Source of the DNA: an uncultured Pseudomonadota bacterium
Lineage (GTDB): Bacteria; Myxococcota_A; Polyangia; Fen-1088
NCBI GenBank assembly: GCA_963847705.1
Contig: CAWKBC010000032.1
Span: forward strand, 448,001 to 512,000
Length of the DNA stretch: 64,000 nucleotides
Direction of reading: 5' to 3'
Position 1 is the stretch's first letter, and each line of letters starts with the position of its first letter. The translations under genes and the position numbers were made by a program. Positions 1 to 12,208 of this stretch are shown here, piece after piece. The notes under the pieces are model-generated. The model searched no databases and was not told where the DNA came from. It worked only from the letters and a program-made list of their open reading frames with translations.

Positions 1-641
1 TCGGCGCCGCCGTCGGCGCAGGCCTTGGCCAGCGAGACGATGTCCGAGGTGTTGGGCGTCAGCTTGATCCAGAGCGGCTTCTTGATCACCTCGCGGCAGG
101 CGCGCACCAGATCGCGAAGCACGCGCGGATCGGTCCCGAACTCGATCCCGCCCGCCTTGATGTTCGGGCAAGAGACGTTCATCTCCAGACCGTCGACGCC
201 GTCGAGGCGATCGAGCCGGGCGCCGCAGTCGACGTATTCGTCGAAGGTGGCACCGAAGAAGTTCACCAGCACGCGCGTCCCGCAGCCGCGCAGGTACGGC
301 AGCTTCTCGCGCTCGAACCCCTCGACCCCCACGTTCTCGAGGCCGATCGAGTTGAGCATGCCGGACGCCGTCTCGCAGATGCGCGGCGTGGCGTTTCCGA
401 ACCGCGGCTTCGGCGAGATCCCCTTGGTGACGAGCCCGCCGAGCGCGCCCAGGTCGGTGAGCTGCTCGAACTCCTTGCCGTAGCCGAACGTCCCCGAGGC
501 GGTCAACACCGGGTTCCGAAAGGCGATTCCGCCCGTCTCGATGGCCAGGTTCGCCTGGACGGAGCCCGGCTCCGCCTGGCGCGGTCCTTCGCGGGGGGGA
601 ACGGGGACCCTCTCAGGGTCCACGAGCTTGACGTCACTCAT
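1..641 (-). CDS. pyrD: Dihydroorotate dehydrogenase family 1B catalytic subunit (5' part; runs off the window)
   Basis: Manual translation from ATG 641: ...FRNPVLTASGTFGYG...GLVTKGIS...MLNSIGLENVG...LEMNVSCPNIKAGG. ATGA overlap with the pyrK stop. Absent from the ORF track because it is partial. Confidence 0.93.
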   Translation of the reverse strand, partial: MSDVKLVDPERVPVPPREGPRQAEPGSVQANLAIETGGIAFRNPVLTASGTFGYGKEFEQLTDLGALGGLVTKGISPKPRFGNATPRICETASGMLNSIGLENVGVEGFEREKLPYLRGCGTRVLVNFFGATFDEYVDCGARLDRLDGVDGLEMNVSCPNIKAGGIEFGTDPRVLRDLVRACREVIKKPLWIKLTPNTSDIVSLAKACADGGA

Positions 642-1462
642 GCCGGGCAGGCCGCGGGCGCGACGGGCGGCTTCTGGTCGACGTCGAGCACGTCCGCGGC
701 ATCGAAGACCGGACCGTTGCTACAGACGTAGCGGTAAGGGCGCGACCGCGCCGGGATGGCACAGCCGAGACAGACGCCGATCCCGCAGGCCATCTGCTCC
801 TCGAGTGAGATGAAGCAGGGGATCTCCAGGGCCCGCGCCTGCCGGGCGATCGCCCACAGCATGCCGTTCGGGCCGCACCCCATCACCCGGAGCGACTTGC
901 CACGGTGGTGGGCGAGCCGCGCCTCGAGCGCGCGCGTGACCAACCCTTTGTCGCCGACCGAACCATCCTCGGTGGTCAGGAAGAGGGCGAGGCCCATCGC
1001 TTCCATCTCGCGCAGGAGAACCAGATCGGGGGCGCTGCGCCCCCCGTAAATCATTTCTGATCGGTCAACCTGGCCGCGCTCCGCTGCCAGCGCTGCTTGC
1101 ATGAGCATCGGGGGGAGCCCGACCCCACCAGCGACCAGGAGGTCGATCGTATCGCCGCTCGGGTGCGGGAAGCTCGTCCCGAGCGGACCCAAAATGTCGA
1201 TTTCTGCTCCCGGCAGGGCGCGCTCCAGCAGAGCAGTCCCTCGACCGACCGTTTTGGCCAGAATCTCGGCTCGACCGCCGGGTCCGACCGACATCAGAGA
1301 GAACGCGCGAGGCAGCAGCGGGTCACGTCCCCAAGCGCCTCGAATCATTACGAATTGCCCTGGTCGGGCGGAGGCGAGCGACTCGCAGCCCACGAGCTGC
1401 AAAACGAAGTAACCCCCTCCAAGTACCCGGTTTTCCGAGATTTTTGCCTGGAAGTAACGCAC
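638..1462 (-). CDS. pyrK: Dihydroorotate dehydrogenase electron transfer subunit
   Basis: PGQFVM, LPRAFS, GPLG, VAGGVGLPP, CGP and the [2Fe-2S] motif MACGIGVCLGC...VCSNGPVF; coupled to pyrD. Confidence 0.93.
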   Translation of the reverse strand: MRYFQAKISENRVLGGGYFVLQLVGCESLASARPGQFVMIRGAWGRDPLLPRAFSLMSVGPGGRAEILAKTVGRGTALLERALPGAEIDILGPLGTSFPHPSGDTIDLLVAGGVGLPPMLMQAALAAERGQVDRSEMIYGGRSAPDLVLLREMEAMGLALFLTTEDGSVGDKGLVTRALEARLAHHRGKSLRVMGCGPNGMLWAIARQARALEIPCFISLEEQMACGIGVCLGCAIPARSRPYRYVCSNGPVFDAADVLDVDQKPPVAPAACPA

Positions 1463-1568
1463 GAGCTCTGCGGTCGTCTTTCTACCTCGAAGCGGCTGGA
1501 ATTGCCCTCTTATTCTTGCAGGGTCCCCAGACCTGTGTTAGTGACCGAACTCTAAAGGGGCGCCGCCA

Positions 1569-2393
1569 ATGGACTTCATGTTCGAGGACGAGGTCGACGA
1601 AGTCGGGTCGGACGTCGAGGCATATTGCCCCAAATGCAAGGGCGATACCACGCACGTCGTCATCTCGAAGTACGAGGACGAGATCCGCCGGGTGCAGTGC
1701 AACCCGTGTGGAGACGTCCATTCGTTCCGCAAACCGCGGGGCGACGTCGAGGATGATGTTCCCGAGCCAATCGCCGCGAAGAAGCGGGCGATGATGAAGA
1801 AGCTCACCTTCGAGGAGTTCTTCGCCAAGCACAGCGACAAGAACGCGAAGCCTTACGAGTTTCGCGAGCACTATCACGAGAATGTGATCGTGACGCACCC
1901 CAAGTTCGGCAAGGGGTTCATCTCGGAGATCCTGTCCGACAGCAAGGCCGAGGTGACCTTCAAGGATTCTCGGCGCGTGCTGGTTCACAACCGGAAGGAC
2001 ATGCCGGGACTGCCGCTCGCCGCAGAGGGCGACGGGCACCCTTCGGACACGAAGGTCACCAAGAACGGCAAACTGACCGGCAAGCTGACGGGCAAGGTGA
2101 CCGAGAAGGTGACCGAGAAGGTCGCTCCGGCCAAGGCTGCTGCCCCGGCGAAGGACGCCCGCAAGGCTGCTCCGCCACCCCCTCCGCCCGCCAAGCCCGC
2201 CGCCAAGGGGGCCACTCCGGCCGCCAAGCCCCCCGTCCCCGCCCGGTCACCCAAGGCGGCCGTGAAGACCGCTCCCGCCGCCAAGGCCGCCAAGCGGACC
2301 ACCAAGCCTGCCCGTCCGGTCAGGACGGCGGCGCCCCGCCCGCGTGCGGCTGCCAAGCGCCCCGCCAAGGCGGCCAAGCGCGGCAAGAAGTAG
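1569..2393 (+). CDS. Hypothetical protein: CxxC-CxxC Zn ribbon, HPKFGKG Tudor-like domain and Ala/Lys/Pro-rich histone-H1-like tail
   Basis: CPKC...CNPC; HPKFGKG; basic AKP-rich C-terminus; AAAGGGG upstream; GC-rich third codon positions. Confidence 0.85.
   Translation: MDFMFEDEVDEVGSDVEAYCPKCKGDTTHVVISKYEDEIRRVQCNPCGDVHSFRKPRGDVEDDVPEPIAAKKRAMMKKLTFEEFFAKHSDKNAKPYEFREHYHENVIVTHPKFGKGFISEILSDSKAEVTFKDSRRVLVHNRKDMPGLPLAAEGDGHPSDTKVTKNGKLTGKLTGKVTEKVTEKVAPAKAAAPAKDARKAAPPPPPPAKPAAKGATPAAKPPVPARSPKAAVKTAPAAKAAKRTTKPARPVRTAAPRPRAAAKRPAKAAKRGKK
2066..2122 (+). repeat. 12-bp tandem coding repeat (KLTG KLTG KVTE KVTE KV)
   Basis: aaactgaccggc aagctgacgggc aaggtgaccgag aaggtgaccgag aaggtc. Confidence 0.8.
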
Positions 2394-2435
2394 CGTCCTC
2401 GTCCCCTTCCGGCGGCGGCGCCGGCCGCTGTCTGG

Positions 2436-3196
2436 CTACTTGAGCAGAAACACGTAGAGATCGTAGAGGGCGTGCGTGTACACCGCGATGGCGAAGCCGC
2501 GGTACCAGAACAGCAAGCCGAAGCAGAGCCCGGCCAGCACGCGGAAGATGAAGATCCCTGCGTGCAGCGGGTCGCCGTAAGGCGGAATGTGGTGCATGGC
2601 CGAGAAGAGAACGGCTGAGAGCAGCAGCGCCAGCACGAAGGCGACCCAGCGCCGGATCCCGAACACCCGGTCGAACAACACCACCAGACCCGACAGGATG
2701 CCGAGGCGGAACACCGTCTCCTCGTAGACCCCGGCGCCCAGGGACATCACGATGCGGGTGCCGAACCCCTGTTGCGCCACGAAACCCGCGCCGCCACCCG
2801 CGAGCTGGGGCGAGATCCCCAGCGCGCGCGTCATCACGAACACGATGAGCGACCCCATGGTGAGGGCGTAAATCGCGCTCTCGACCAGCACGGGAACGAT
2901 GAGCTTGGGATCGAAACGCTGCTTGTGGCGCAGCATCGCCACCGCGATGGCGAAGGCCACCGTGACGGCGAAGGTGTAGGCGAGGTAGCTCCCGGTCGAG
3001 AGGTGCAGGTTCCGGAACAGGAACACCGTCAGGAAGTCGGCCCCGTTGAGGATCGGAAGCGTGAAGAGGACGCCGATCTGGTAGATGAGGAAGAGTGGAA
3101 ACACCAGCACCAGGCTGGTGAGCAGGTTGCGGGGGTCGTGGGCCGAGCTTCCTCCGACCTTGCCGCGCGGCTTGACCGGCCTCTTCTTGACCGCCC

Positions 3197-3200
<4 letters not shown>
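2436..3200 (-). CDS. CPBP/Abi (CAAX-type) intramembrane glutamic endopeptidase
   Basis: EExxFR (YEETVFRLG), FSAMH and HALYD motifs; multiple TM segments; start MRAVKK overlaps the kinase stop (ATGA). Confidence 0.88.
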
Positions 3201-5008
<1,808 letters not shown>

Positions 5009-7811
5009 CTAGCGCGCCCCCTGGTCGACCCGGGCCGCGCGCCCCACGGTGGACGTCGCCAGCGGGTCGGGCCGCACCACCGCGATCGTCTCGCGCTTAG
5101 GATCGATGAACCGGCGCGCCGCGCGCGCGACATCGGGGGCGGTCACCCGCGCCAGCGCGGCCGGGAGTTGGCGGTAGGTCATGAGCGGAAGACCGTACGC
5201 CTCGTCGGTCGCGAGCGCATCAGCGATCGCCGCTTCTCCCCGCAACGCGAGCGCGCGCAGACCGGCGAGACGGCGCGCGGCGCGCTCCACCTCGGCCGCC
5301 CCGACGCCGCCGGCCGTGACCTCGGTGAGCGCCGCCCGGAGCGCGGCCACCACGGCGTCGACGCTGGCCGGGGCGCAGGTGACGGTGACCGCCAGCTCGC
5401 CCGGATCGACGCCCGTCGCGGCCGAGGCCCCGAAGCGGTAGACGTTCGGCGTCGTCGCCAGCCCGCGTTCGACCGGACCGTCCCGGGCGTTCAACACCTC
5501 GGCGAGAACCTCGAGCGCCGCCCGATCGGCGTCGCGCACCGGCGCCCCGGGATAGCCGAGCACGATCTCGGCGACGTCCCTGTTCGTGGTGTGAAAGAGA
5601 GCCACCGGCTCGCCGTGGGCCGGTTCGGGCGGCGGCTCAGGCGGGGACGGACCGGCAGCAGCGTCGGCGAACAGCGCCGTCAACGTCGCCACCGCCTCTG
5701 CCGGATCGACGTCGCCGACCACCGAGACGACCAGGCGGGAAACCGGATAATGACGGCGGAAGTGAGCGAGGAGGCGGACCCGCCCCAGCGCCGCCAGCGA
5801 AGCGGGGCTCCCCAGCGGATCGAGCCGAAAGGGATGGCCGGGCCAGAGCGCCTCACGAAACAGACGCCGGGCCGCCCCCGCCGGATCGCCGTCGGCGGCG
5901 CGCGCCCGATCGACCACCACGCGCCGGCTTCCGTCGACTTCGCCGGCCGGGAAGCTGGGGCGCAAGAGGCAGTCGGCGAGGAGCTCGACGCCCCGCGACC
6001 AGGTGCCGGGCAAGAATTGTCCCCGCAACCCGAAGTGGCTGCGATCGGAGAAGCCGGAGAGCACGCCGCCCGCGGCCTGCACCTCGGCCGCGATCTGCGG
6101 CGCCGCGCGGGTGCGCGTCCCGCGATCGAGCAGCGCCGCGATCAGCGCGCCGGCGCCATTCGAGGCAGCGTCCTCGGCCCGGGCGCCGCCGGCCCAGGCC
6201 GCCTCGACGGCGACCATCGGCGCGGCGCGATCGCGCAGCACGAGGATGCGCACCCCCGAGGGGGCGACCGCGCGGACGACATCGCCCCCGCCCTCCCCGC
6301 GCGCCACCGCCGCGCCTAGGGGCGGCCTGGAGCTCCGCGCCGCCGCGCCGGCGACCATCGCCTCCAGCCGGGCCGATTCGGCCGAGGCCGCGGTGGGAGC
6401 GGCGCCCGGGTCGAGAACGGCCAGCGTGAGGGCCTCCGGCCTCAGCAGCCTGGCCGCGGCCGCGCGCAGCGCCGGCGGAATCGAACGCCAGCAGGCTCTC
6501 CCGGTACCGACGGTCGTCGTCGTCGTCCGCGATGGCGGAGGCGAAACCGAGTCGTCGCGCCCGCCCCTCGACGCCGTCGGCGGCGCGGCCGAGATCGCTC
6601 TGCAGCAGGCCCCGCACCCGGGCGAGCTCGTCGGCTGGGACCTGGTCGCGCCCGAGCCGCAGCGTCTCGTCGATCGCACCCTGGGTCGCCGCCTCGATCC
6701 GCTGCGGCGCGGGCGCCAAGATCAGCTCGAGCAGCGCGGCGCCGCGCGCCCGGAAGGTCAGCCCGTGCACGGCGGTGACGACCTGCCGGTTGTCGGCGAG
6801 CTCGCGGGCGAGGCGTGCGTCGCTGCCGCGGGTCAGCAGCGCCGCGATCAGATCGAGCGCGGCGGCGTCCTCCGGGCGCGGCGCCAGGACCCGGAATCCG
6901 AGCGCCACCTGCGCCTCGAGCCCCGCCGCCGTCGACACCAGCGCGCGCGGCGCCGATGGGGGGAGAGCCGCGGCGACCGCGTGCACCGGAGCACGCCCGC
7001 GGGGAACGGCCGCGAACGCGCGTGCCACGGCCTCGCGGGCGCGGTGCGCGTCGACGTCTCCCACCACGACGACCGTCATGTTCGGGCCCAGATACGTCTC
7101 GGCGAAATGGGCCGCCAACGCTTCGCGGGTGAACGCCGCCACCGCCTCCGGATTGCCAAGCAACGGACGACCGTAGGCGTCGCTCGCAAAGGCCCCGGCG
7201 CGCAGCAGCCCACTCGTCGCGCGGGCCGGATCGATCGCCTCGCGGGCGATCTCGGCGACCGCCAACTTCTTCGCCCGGGCGAGCTCGGCCGCCTCGAAGG
7301 TCGGCGCGGTCAGGGCGTCCCCCAGGACGTCGAGCCCGAGGTCGAGAAACGGCGCGGCCAGCGTCGCCTGGTAAACCGTCTCGTCGAGCCCGGTCCAGGC
7401 GCCGACCGTCCCGCCGACGGCCTCGATCTCGCGCTCGCCCGCCCCCGGGGCGCGCCGGCGCGTGCCCCGAAAAACGAGATGCTCGTAGAGGTGCGCGGCG
7501 CCCGCCAGCGCAGGGGGGTCGTCGGCCGCCCCCGAGGCGACCCAGACCTGCAGGGCGACGACCGGCGCGGCGTGGTTCTCCTCGACGACGACGCGCACGC
7601 CGTTGTCGAGCCGCGCCTCGGCGCGCGTCCCCGGACCGCCCATCATCATGGGGGTCGTGGCCGTGGCCATCGACCCTTCGGCGACGGTTCCGTCGGCGGC
7701 AGGCTGACTGGGATTCCCGGCGCCCCCGAGCGAGCGGCAACCCCCGAGAGGAACCACCAAGAGCAACGACGCGAAGGGGAGCGCCGCGTGAGCGAGAGAC
7801 ACGGATTTCAC
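5009..7811 (-). CDS. M16 (pitrilysin-family) zinc peptidase, probable lipoprotein; +1 frameshift near 6478-6482
   Basis: HLYEH (HxxEH) and RLDNGVRVV in ORF 5853..7979; second M16 half in ORF 5009..6679. Deleting one base in GAATC joins them as LAFDPPALR. LGGC lipobox. Confidence 0.87.
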
Positions 7812-7894
7812 GAGCGGCTGCGAGGTTACCACCAATACAGGGCATGCAAAGCTGCGTGCCCCGTTCCGTGCCATGGTTGTAGTCTCTGGGACGG

Positions 7895-10306
7895 ATGAAG
7901 CGACGGGCGTTCTTGCGTGGGGCCAGCGCGGCAGGTGGAGCGGCGTTCGCTTCGCGGCTCTGGCGTCCGGCTGAGGCATCGCGCGCAGGTGCGCTCGAGC
8001 GCGCGCTGGAGCGGCTGCAGCAGGCGCGGATCGCGGTGGCGGCGCGGCTGGCTGCGCCCGATGCCGCCAGCGCCGTTCCCGCCGAGCTGATGCTTGGGCG
8101 CAACGGCTCGGCGCGCCGAGAGCTCGCCGGCGGCACGCTGGCGCTGCGCGCGGCGCCGGTCGCCGGGAGCCACGACGCCGTCGAGCTCTTCGTCACCTTT
8201 CGCGCCAAGACGCGCGCCCCGGCCGGCACCGTCAGCCTGGCGCTCGAGCTCGACGCCTGGTCCCTCGACAACTACGTGATGCTCCCGGGTGCCTGCTACG
8301 CCGGGAATCGGTTCGAGTCGCGCTTCGTCGGCTACCCGCCCCTGCTGACCGAGCCAGCCGACATCGGTCCGCACGTCCCGCCGATCGTGACCGACATCCC
8401 CAGGCTGAACTTGCACCGCGGAACTTCCAGGCTGGAGATCGCCGCGGCCGATCTGGCGACGCCGGCGGTGGCGGTGTTTCTTCCGGCGGAAAAGCTCGGC
8501 CTCATCCTGCTGGTCGATCTGGCCACCTCGGTCGGGCGGACCGGACTCTCCGTGGCCGAGAGCGACGATCGCGCGCGCGCCTCGATCGCCGCCTCGACGC
8601 CCTTCGTGCACGAGGGACACCGCGCCGAGGGCGCGCCGGGACCGCGCGAGCGACCGATGCCATCCAGGCCCGGCGCGTCGATCACGCTCCGCGCGCGACT
8701 CCACGCCTTCGCCTGCGAGGAGATCGGGCAGCTCACCGAACGCCTGTTCGCCCTGCGCAAGGCGCTCACCGGCCCCACCGCCCGCGCGCACACCTTGCCA
8801 TTTTCAGCGGCGTTCGCCGCGCACGAGGCGCGGGTCAACGCGCGTTTCGTCGAAAAGCTGGGCTTCTTCGCGCTCGGCGCGCGCGACAGCGCCTATTCGA
8901 TCTGGCAGACCGGCTGGGCCGGCGGCTTCGGCCAGACGCTCCCCCTGCTGGCCGCGGGCGGAAAGCAGTCGCGCACCCGCGCGCTCGAGACGATCGCCTT
9001 CGTCGTCGAAGGCGGGCAGGCCCCCTCCGGTTTCTTTCACGGCGTCTCCGATGGCAAGACCTGGTACGACGACGGCTTCACGGCGCCCCTGCCACCTGCG
9101 CCCGCCGACGCCTGGCCGCCGCGCGCGTCGCCCTACCATCATCCGCGCTGGCACCTGGTCCGGCGCAGCGCCGACGCGCTCTCGCTGTTGGTGAAGCAAC
9201 TCGCGCTGCTGGATCGGCAGGCAGCGTCGGCGGACCGGACTGCCGAGCCGCCCGCCCCGGTCGATCCGGCCTGGGCGACGTCGGCCCGGCGCTGCGCCGA
9301 CGCGCTCGCCCACCTCTGGGGGAGGCATCGACAGTTCGGGCAGTTCGTCGACATCGCCAGTGGCGAGCTGATCGTCGGCGGCTCCTCCTCGGCGGCGATG
9401 GCGCCCGCCGCACTGGCGCACGCCGCTGCTTATTTCAAAGAGCCGAGCTATCTGCAGGTCGCCGAGGAGTCGGCGCTGCACTACTTCGAGCGTTTCGTGC
9501 AGGCGGGCCTCACCTGTGGCGGCCCGGGTGACGTGCTCCAGTGTCCCGACAGCGAATCGGCGGCCGCGCTGCTGGAGTCGTTCGTCACCCTTCACGAGGC
9601 GACCCGCGACCTGGCGTGGATCGCGCGTGCCCGTGCGGCGGCCCATCTGCTGGCGAGCTGGGTCATCTCGTACGACGCCCCGCCCGCCGGCCGCGGCTGC
9701 CCGCCGCCGGGGCCGCTCCGCGCCACCGGGGCCGTCTTCACCGACGCCCAGAACCGCGGCGGCGCCCCCGGCTACGTCCTGTCGTCGGGCGCCGCGCTGT
9801 TTCGCCTCTATCGTGCGACCGGTGACGTCGCCTGGCTGGAGCTTCTGCGCGACACCGCCCACAACCTGGCGCAGTACCTTCCTCGCGCCGGCGACCTCGG
9901 CCGTCCGGCGGGCGCCGGGGGGCGTGATTCGGACGACTGCTCCCGCGCCGACAGCTCCGACTGGCTGGTCGACAACGGAAGCGTGGTGCCCGCGGCCGGC
10001 CTCTACGACGCGATCGCCCTCCTCACCTATACGGAGCTCCCCGGCGTTTACGCGCAGACCGACGCGGGCTTCGTGTTCGCCTTCGATCACGTCGAGGCGC
10101 GGGTGAAGGAGCGCCTCGGCCACCGGTTGGTGGTCGCGTTGCGAAATCCGACGGCGACCGAAGCGACCGTGCGTCTTTACGCCGAGAGCGCCGACGACGC
10201 CGCGCTCCCCTTGCTCCCCGACGCCATCCTCGGCGCACCGACCGCGGTCGTGCCGCCTGGAGCGACCGTCGAGGTCGCGATGCCGCCGCTGACCGCGCGC
10301 CGCTGA
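7895..10306 (+). CDS. Tat-exported hypothetical protein, probable (alpha/alpha)6-barrel glycosidase-like fold
   Basis: MKRRAFL twin-arginine signal; helical repeats such as LHEATRDLAWI and LYRATGDVAWL. Fold is inferred. Confidence 0.7.
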   Translation: MKRRAFLRGASAAGGAAFASRLWRPAEASRAGALERALERLQQARIAVAARLAAPDAASAVPAELMLGRNGSARRELAGGTLALRAAPVAGSHDAVELFVTFRAKTRAPAGTVSLALELDAWSLDNYVMLPGACYAGNRFESRFVGYPPLLTEPADIGPHVPPIVTDIPRLNLHRGTSRLEIAAADLATPAVAVFLPAEKLGLILLVDLATSVGRTGLSVAESDDRARASIAASTPFVHEGHRAEGAPGPRERPMPSRPGASITLRARLHAFACEEIGQLTERLFALRKALTGPTARAHTLPFSAAFAAHEARVNARFVEKLGFFALGARDSAYSIWQTGWAGGFGQTLPLLAAGGKQSRTRALETIAFVVEGGQAPSGFFHGVSDGKTWYDDGFTAPLPPAPADAWPPRASPYHHPRWHLVRRSADALSLLVKQLALLDRQAASADRTAEPPAPVDPAWATSARRCADALAHLWGRHRQFGQFVDIASGELIVGGSSSAAMAPAALAHAAAYFKEPSYLQVAEESALHYFERFVQAGLTCGGPGDVLQCPDSESAAALLESFVTLHEATRDLAWIARARAAAHLLASWVISYDAPPAGRGCPPPGPLRATGAVFTDAQNRGGAPGYVLSSGAALFRLYRATGDVAWLELLRDTAHNLAQYLPRAGDLGRPAGAGGRDSDDCSRADSSDWLVDNGSVVPAAGLYDAIALLTYTELPGVYAQTDAGFVFAFDHVEARVKERLGHRLVVALRNPTATEATVRLYAESADDAALPLLPDAILGAPTAVVPPGATVEVAMPPLTARR

Positions 10307-10333
10307 CCGCGCGACCTCTGCTAAGATTTCGCC

Positions 10334-12208
10334 GTGGCCACGGGCGGTCTTCTGTCGGTGCGGCTCGGGCAAATTCGGCGGCGGCTGCGCCTCCAGGCGG
10401 CACGCGAAGGGGCCATCGGGGGGGCGGCGCTGGCGATGCTCGCGCTGGCGGTCGGCGTGGCGCTCGCCCGCGGACGGGGCGGCGCACCGGGGGCCGAGGT
10501 GCTGGCGGCGCTGATTCTCCTCGGCGCCGCCACCGGGGCGATCGTGCGGGGCGCGCGGCGGATCCCGCTGGCACGCTGCGCCCGGCTGGCGGACGCCGCG
10601 CTCGACGGTCAGGATCGGCTGTTGTCGGCGCTCACCCTCGACACGGACGAGCCGTCGCCGTTCGTGCGGGCCCTGGTGGCCGACGCAGTTCGCCGGGCGG
10701 CGATTCTGATGCCGGACGCGGCGGTCCCCGCGCGTCGCCCGGCCGGGCTGCCGGCGCTGGGAATCGCCACGCTGGCGCTGGCCGGGGCGGCACTCTTTCC
10801 CACCTCTTCGCGCGCTGCCCGCGTCCCGCCGACGACGCCCAGCCCGGAGCGCCACGCGGCGATCCCCGCGGGGGCGCTCGACGCCGAGCGCGAGGTGGCG
10901 CGCGCCGCGGCCGAGGCGGCGGCCAGGCTCGGCGACGCGCGGCTGGCGGCGCTGGCGGCCGATTTCGATCGGGCGCTGCGCCGGCTGGCCAGCGGGACGT
11001 TGAACGATCCCGCGGCGCTCGATCTCCTGCGCGCGCTGGAAGCGCGCGCCTCCGAGGCGGCCCGGGCCGCGAAACGGGACGGTCAGGCGGCGGAGGCCGC
11101 TGCGCGCGCGCTGGAGGCGCACGCCGAGACACGCTCGGCTGGAGAGTCGCTGGCGCAAACCGGCGCGGGCACCGGCGACGACGCGCGGGCGTCCACCGCG
11201 CTGGGCGCCAGCGCGGCGGCCCACCCGGGCGAGACGGCGCGGGCGCTGGCGTCGGCCGCGGCGAGTCTGGCTGGCGCGGCGGGCAAGCAAGGATCGACCG
11301 GCGACCCGGCCGACGCCAGGGACCTGCCGCGCCGACTTTCGCGCGACTCTCCGAGCGCGGGGACCGCGCCCGAGAATGCCGCGCCCGACAGCAACAATCC
11401 CGAAGCGCGTCACCTGGAACAGCTCCGGCGCGAGCTGGACGCCGCCGCCTCGGCCTGCCGCACCGGCGATCCAGGCTGTCGGCGACGCGCCGAGGAGCGC
11501 GGGCGCGAGCTGGAACAGCTGAGCCGCCAGGGAGCCGCGCGAGATTCGCTGCAACGTCTCGAGCGCTCCGCCGAACAGCTCCGCGCCCGCGTCAGCCGCG
11601 GCGAGCTCGGGGACGGCGACGCGCAGGCCATGCGCAGCTTTGGGCGCGCCGCCGATGGGGAGGGCGCGGGGCCGAGCGGGACCAGCGATGAGGTGAGCGC
11701 CGGCGCCGGAGCTGCTGCGGGAAACCGCCAGGACGCGCCCTCGAGCCGGGCGAACCGTCTTGGGAATGCCGCCGATGGAGAAGAAGGCGGCGCTCGTGAA
11801 AGCAAGGGCGGCGCGGAGACCGCCGCCGCTTCCGCCGCGATGGCTGCGGAGGGGAGCGGCGCCTCCGACGACGAGACCGGGAACGGCAACGGAATCGGCC
11901 ACCAGCCGGGTGGCGCGCCGCTCGGCGCGCGCCGCGCCGAGACGGAGGCCAGTCCTGGAAGCGAGGCCCGCGACGACGTTCCGCTCCGCGACGGGGCCGG
12001 GCCCGGACGTGCCGAGGTGATCGGTACCGCCGCCGGGCGTGGCTTTGCCAGCCCCGGTTATGCGCGCGCGTTCAACGACTATGCCGCCGCGGTCGAAGAC
12101 GCGCTCGGCGCGACCGCGGTTCCCGAAGGAAAGCGCTACCTGGTGCGTCGCTACTTCGACCTGATCCGCCCGCGCCCGCCGGTGCGCGAGCCCAGGGGCA
12201 CCCGGTGA
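10334..12208 (+). CDS. Membrane-anchored coiled-coil/low-complexity protein of MoxR operons
   Basis: Three N-terminal TM segments; C-terminal VPEGKRYLVRRYF; GTGA overlap with moxR. Confidence 0.75.
   Translation: MATGGLLSVRLGQIRRRLRLQAAREGAIGGAALAMLALAVGVALARGRGGAPGAEVLAALILLGAATGAIVRGARRIPLARCARLADAALDGQDRLLSALTLDTDEPSPFVRALVADAVRRAAILMPDAAVPARRPAGLPALGIATLALAGAALFPTSSRAARVPPTTPSPERHAAIPAGALDAEREVARAAAEAAARLGDARLAALAADFDRALRRLASGTLNDPAALDLLRALEARASEAARAAKRDGQAAEAAARALEAHAETRSAGESLAQTGAGTGDDARASTALGASAAAHPGETARALASAAASLAGAAGKQGSTGDPADARDLPRRLSRDSPSAGTAPENAAPDSNNPEARHLEQLRRELDAAASACRTGDPGCRRRAEERGRELEQLSRQGAARDSLQRLERSAEQLRARVSRGELGDGDAQAMRSFGRAADGEGAGPSGTSDEVSAGAGAAAGNRQDAPSSRANRLGNAADGEEGGARESKGGAETAAASAAMAAEGSGASDDETGNGNGIGHQPGGAPLGARRAETEASPGSEARDDVPLRDGAGPGRAEVIGTAAGRGFASPGYARAFNDYAAAVEDALGATAVPEGKRYLVRRYFDLIRPRPPVREPRGTR

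Noticed and set aside
6470-6490. Programmed ribosomal frameshifting or true pseudogenisation in M16, kup, ATP-grasp, PHB depolymerase and YtxH
   Set aside because: No slippery heptamers and no further decay; the shared GATC context favours a systematic sequencing error.
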